64,000 bases of DNA from Azolla caroliniana (Eukaryota > Plantae > Polypodiophyta): assembly GCA_043228905.1 (NCBI GenBank), contig JBHGNT010000015.1, forward strand, positions 5,952,001 to 6,016,000, in the 5' to 3' direction. Shown one piece after another: positions 60,124 to 64,000 of this stretch. A model generated the notes under the pieces. That model ran no database searches. It saw only the letters and a list, made by a program, of their open reading frames with translations, and had not been told where the DNA came from. The stretch's first letter is position 1. Each line of letters begins with the position of its first letter. Both the position numbers and the translations under genes were made by a program.

Positions 60124-60679
60124 TGTTGAGCGAGCAAGCTCAACGTGGATCGGATCGGCTGGACAAGCCGAGAGTTGGATCGAGTGAAGACAGATCAGCT
60201 AGGCCCGGATCGGTGAGCAGATCCGTGTAGAGCCAGTAGGCCATTAGAGGCCTATGATCCTAGATCACTAGGACGTTATATTCCTAGGAGTTGGTGTCAA
60301 TAGCTTAGTTATGAGCATTGAGGTACTTGTCAATAATTCTGACCATTCTTTATTGACTTGTATAAAAGTTCTCATTGAGCACATTTGTATGTACAGAGTG
60401 TTATTTTGAAATCGAGTTTTTCTATGTTCTACTCTCTCTTTGTCTCTCCCGAGTACTTTGTATTGTCTGTGTGTTTTCCATTGATTCTCGGTGTTTTATG
60501 TTGCTATTCGGCTGAGCCGGTTGTGTCTATTTTAGCTTCCGCATGCTAATCTTCACATGGTATCAGAATGCGAGGGTTGAAAATCCTCAATTGCTGGCAA
60601 GAGTTGCAACACAAAAAAGCCTAGACCTCGGTAAGAACAAACAAAAAGAAGAAAATGGACAGAAGCATGGCAAGCTCAA
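60124..60679 (+). mobile_element. Copia (F-like) 5' LTR 60124-60557, PBS and first gag codons
   Basis: TGTTGAG..CAAGCTCAAC start, TGGTATCAGA PBS, MDRSMASS vs F MDRGMASS. Confidence 0.82.
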
Positions 60680-60845
60680 TGTTGAATATGGGTCTCTAAT
60701 GGCCATATTCACATTGTTCCTTTGGACAGACTAGGTCTAGGAGATCTTTGTAAACATGTCAAAGGGCAGTTGCCCTAGCCCAGTTAGTATATAAAGGGCT
60801 TTGTCACCTAGCTCATGGAGTTGTTGCTATTGTAAGAGAGTTGTA
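60680..60845 (+). repeat. Partial LTR of the Copia G family
   Basis: Aligns by eye with the reverse complement of ~41945-42125. Confidence 0.65.
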
Positions 60846-61223
60846 GCCCCCATTGGATAGAAGGAATGATATGTGCATGCACTATCATGATTGGGACAAC
60901 TAGTGAATGGAGAGTCTTTTAGAAAGGCACATCTATTCAAGGGGCCTAGGAAGAGGTATAAATATGAGGCTTAGCTACCCCCATAAGGACATTATGTTGA
61001 AAGGTTATTGTCTTAGACATTGGTGGTGCGGGCTAGGCTTTCATCACGAAGATCGTGTTAATCTCTTCCAAGTTATTAGTCATCCCAATATCGGGCGGTA
61101 TGGGATGTCGATGGTAGGTTGGTTATGTCTTGATCATAGCTTGGGGTGGTCAGGTGGAACGGGTCTTCTATCCAATCTATTTTCCTTCTTTTTACTTTAT
61201 TTTGGTCTATTGATTAGTAATAG

Positions 61224-61374
61224 TGTCAGGAATAGTACTAAGACATAGAGGGAATTAATACTAGAGATGAGGATTAGTATTAAGAGGGGAAAAGATGTAT
61301 TGTCAGGAATAGTACTAAGACAAAGAGGAAATTAGTACTAGAGATGAGGATTAGTACTAAGAGGGAAAAGGTGT
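61224..61374. repeat. ~77-bp tandem duplication
   Basis: TGTCAGGAATAGTACTAAGACA..GAGATGAGGATTAGTA.TAAGAGGG occurs twice. Confidence 0.8.
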
Positions 61375-61549
61375 TGAACTCTCGAGAGAAGGAGAGAGAT
61401 CGACAGAGAGTGTGTGAGTGAGAATGATGGTAACAAATGATATATTATATTATATGAATAGAATAGACAAGAGTAGCTAAGAGGCTTATGACTAGCGTTG
61501 AACCGAATTGGTTCTCAATAATGCCATGCGCCTCTTTTTATAGTGTGTT

Positions 61550-62484
61550 GTGTAGGATCTATGTATCAATGGAGTTAACTCCTCGATGTCGTTTGTGGAG
61601 TTCGGACCGGCGTATACCCTTTTGATGGCGAATCGGGCGGAGATGGTTGTCGGACACCTCCGAGCCTCACACTCACTTAACGATTAATAGGTGATTAAGC
61701 ACGATATCTCTCTCACTCTCTCAAGCTCGCTCTCATAGACAATAGGGTAATGAATATAAACAATAAGAGTAATGAATATGTTTATTAACCCTCTTTGCTA
61801 AGAGTTCTAGCACCAACAAAGGAAGAGAGATTAGTGTTCTCTACCTAAACACTTCACTAATCTCTCTTAAGCTTAAAGGTTACAAGAAGGAGGAGAGGAA
61901 GCTCTAGGTCTTAATCAATAGGGAGATCTTTACAAATGGAAGAACCCTTACAAAGCCACCACCATGTGGTATATATAGCATTTACATTTAGGGTATGGAC
62001 CTTTCACACTTGGATGTCTCTTAGCCCTCTTTCCTCTTGCCATTCCCTCTTCGTAGGTCCTTTAGCCATACTATGTCCTTGTTGATGCGCTCTTCTTCAT
62101 TACCAGCCGTGGTGCGCTCCAAGCGCTTAACATCCCCCCCAACCTAATGAGTGCACACTCCCGGGTGCACTGTGGGAGGGGAGCTTCGGGCGCTAGGGGC
62201 TAGTCGGTGGTGAGTTCGTGGGCTCACTAGACTGGTTGAGGATCGTGTGCCCACTTGAGGAACTCACCAGTGATACGGTTGATGGCGTCGGTGGCGTCGG
62301 TGTCACCGATCTAGGCGATGGTGCTACAACGATTGTGGAGGTGAGAGGGAATTTCGGTGAAATGCCAACCTTCGCGTCCGGCATACTCAGAGTAGCCGGC
62401 GGGGATGATGTTGGATACGACGCTAGGGGCTTTCGTGGTGTGGAAGGGGATGCCATCCACCGACAAATGTAGCATAGTGCAAAC
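61550..62484 (-). mobile_element. 3' end of an unclassified LTR element (Pro/Ser/Thr-rich tail, PPT, LTR starting 62132; left boundary uncertain)
   Basis: Reverse-strand GGGGGGGA directly followed by TGTTAAG. Confidence 0.45.
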
Positions 62485-64000
62485 TGTTGAACACAGTGCT
62501 CGGCCACAACCGAGGAATAGGATCAACTCACAGAAAACAGGAAATACAAAATGCACGAAGACAATAGAGAGAAGAGTGCACAGGATGTTTTACGTTGAAA
62601 ACCCTAAATGGGAAAAAACCACGGGAGTCCTCAAACTCCAACTATCACTATAATCAGAGATGTACAATGGTGGAGCTACAAGGCAACAACCTTGAGCTCA
62701 CTGTCTTCGCCACAGGCGGCGGTAATACACAGAGGCAACGACCTCTTCGTCTCTCTCTCTCTCTCTCTCTCTCTCGGCTGCTCTCTTCACTCTCTTGCAC
62801 ACATAAGAGTGGCGATACACAGAAAAATGAGCAACAACATTAAAACTGTTTGCCCTAAGTCATATTTATACACATATGACTTTCGAGCTATTTACAATTA
62901 TAGCCTCAAGGGCCCTTGGCAAACATATTCACAAATATGTCCCCGCATCCGGATCTCTCTCCGGGTACATTCGTCATCCGGCTCCGTAGCCGGGGTCTTC
63001 ATCATCCGGCTCCGTAGCCGGGGTCATCATCATCCGGCTCCGTAGTCGGGGTCTTCATCATCCGGCTCCGTAGCCAGGGTCTTCATCATCCGGCTCCGTA
63101 GCCGGGGTCTTCATCATCCGATTCCCGGACATCCGACCATCCCATCCGGAGGGACCGTAATCCCAACAAACTCCCCCTTCACTTCGGCATGGGATGTCTT
63201 TCCAGTCCGACCCTCTTCCGGCACGCTTCCAGCTTGTCGGGTGTGAGCACTTTGGTCAGCATATCTGAGCCGTTCTCGTCCGTGTGGATCTTCGTCAGCA
63301 CGAACTCCTGGTCTTCTATCCTTTCCCGGATCCAGTGATATCTTCGCTGGATGTGCTTCGTCCGGGAGTGATAGGCCGCGTTCTTCGCAAGGTGGATGGC
63401 ACTCTGACTGTCGCAGTAGAGTCGGTACTCTTCCTGCCGGATACCGAGCTCTCTAATGAAGTCCTTCATCCATATCATTTCCTTGCCGGCTTCAACAGCC
63501 GCCATGTACTCCGCCTCCGTGGTTGACAATGCAACCGTCTTCTACAGCCTCGACTGCCACGAAACAGCTCCCCCTGCATACGTCATAACATACCCTGATG
63601 TGGACCGGCTGGTATCTGCATCAGCCGACATATCCGAATCGGTAAAGCCGTCGAGTTCGGGCTTACCGGAGCCGAATCGGAGGCACATGTTTGCCGTGCC
63701 CTTCAGGTATCGGAGTATCCACTTGACCGCGTTCCAGTGCTCCTTGCCGGGATTGCTCATGTACCGGCTCACCACTCCGACTGCATATCCTATGTCCGGT
63801 CTTGTACACACCATTGCGTACATCAAGCTTCCGACGGCAGAGGCATATGGTACTTTCATCATGTCCTCCTTCTCAGCCTTTGTCTTGGGGCTTTGCTTGC
63901 TGGACAGCTTGCAGTTTGCCAGGAGGGTTGACCCAACCGGTCTTGCTTCCGACATGTTGAACCGGTGAAGCACCTTTGTCACGTACTTCTCCTGTGACAG
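62485..64000 (-). mobile_element. Copia J (Tnt1/Tork-like) 3' end: RT-RNase H and 3' LTR 62485-63168
   Basis: PYASAVGSLMYAM, RTKHIQRRYHW, one in-frame TAG at 63542; PPT GAAGGGGGAG. Confidence 0.92.
62974..63120. repeat. 28-bp tandem repeat x5 in Copia J LTR
   Basis: TCATCCGGCTCCGTAGCCGGGGTCTTCA units with no spacers. Confidence 0.95.

Overview
Eukaryotic, plant-type heterochromatic DNA, roughly 90% transposon-derived; a non-seed land plant such as a fern, lycophyte or bryophyte is inferred from the element types and not proven. The window is a deep nest of LTR retrotransposons. It holds two near-identical young Ty3/Gypsy copies (family A, 10156-17530 + and 31073-38428 -; tRNA-Trp PBS, 4-bp TSDs), a decayed relative (C), a Ty3 with a ~970-codon extra ORF after pol (1-6230), Tcn1/sushi-like chromoviruses and several Ty1/Copia elements. 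There is also an L1-type LINE fragment, a MULE with short TIRs and one host gene, a two-exon GT34 xylosyltransferase-like gene (43540-45591, -). Most notable: (i) antisense tRNA-register Pol III A/B-box modules in the LTRs of two unrelated Ty3 families; (ii) all four TGTCG..CGACA-type Ty3 insertions abut NCGT; (iii) family A has a GGATTTT + pseudoknot -1 frameshift after protease and a TGA shared by both young copies; (iv) heat-shock-element arrays in a chromovirus LTR; (v) a circularly permuted, scrambled retroelement patchwork at 49365-56100. All alignments and base-pairings were done by eye; no database was searched.
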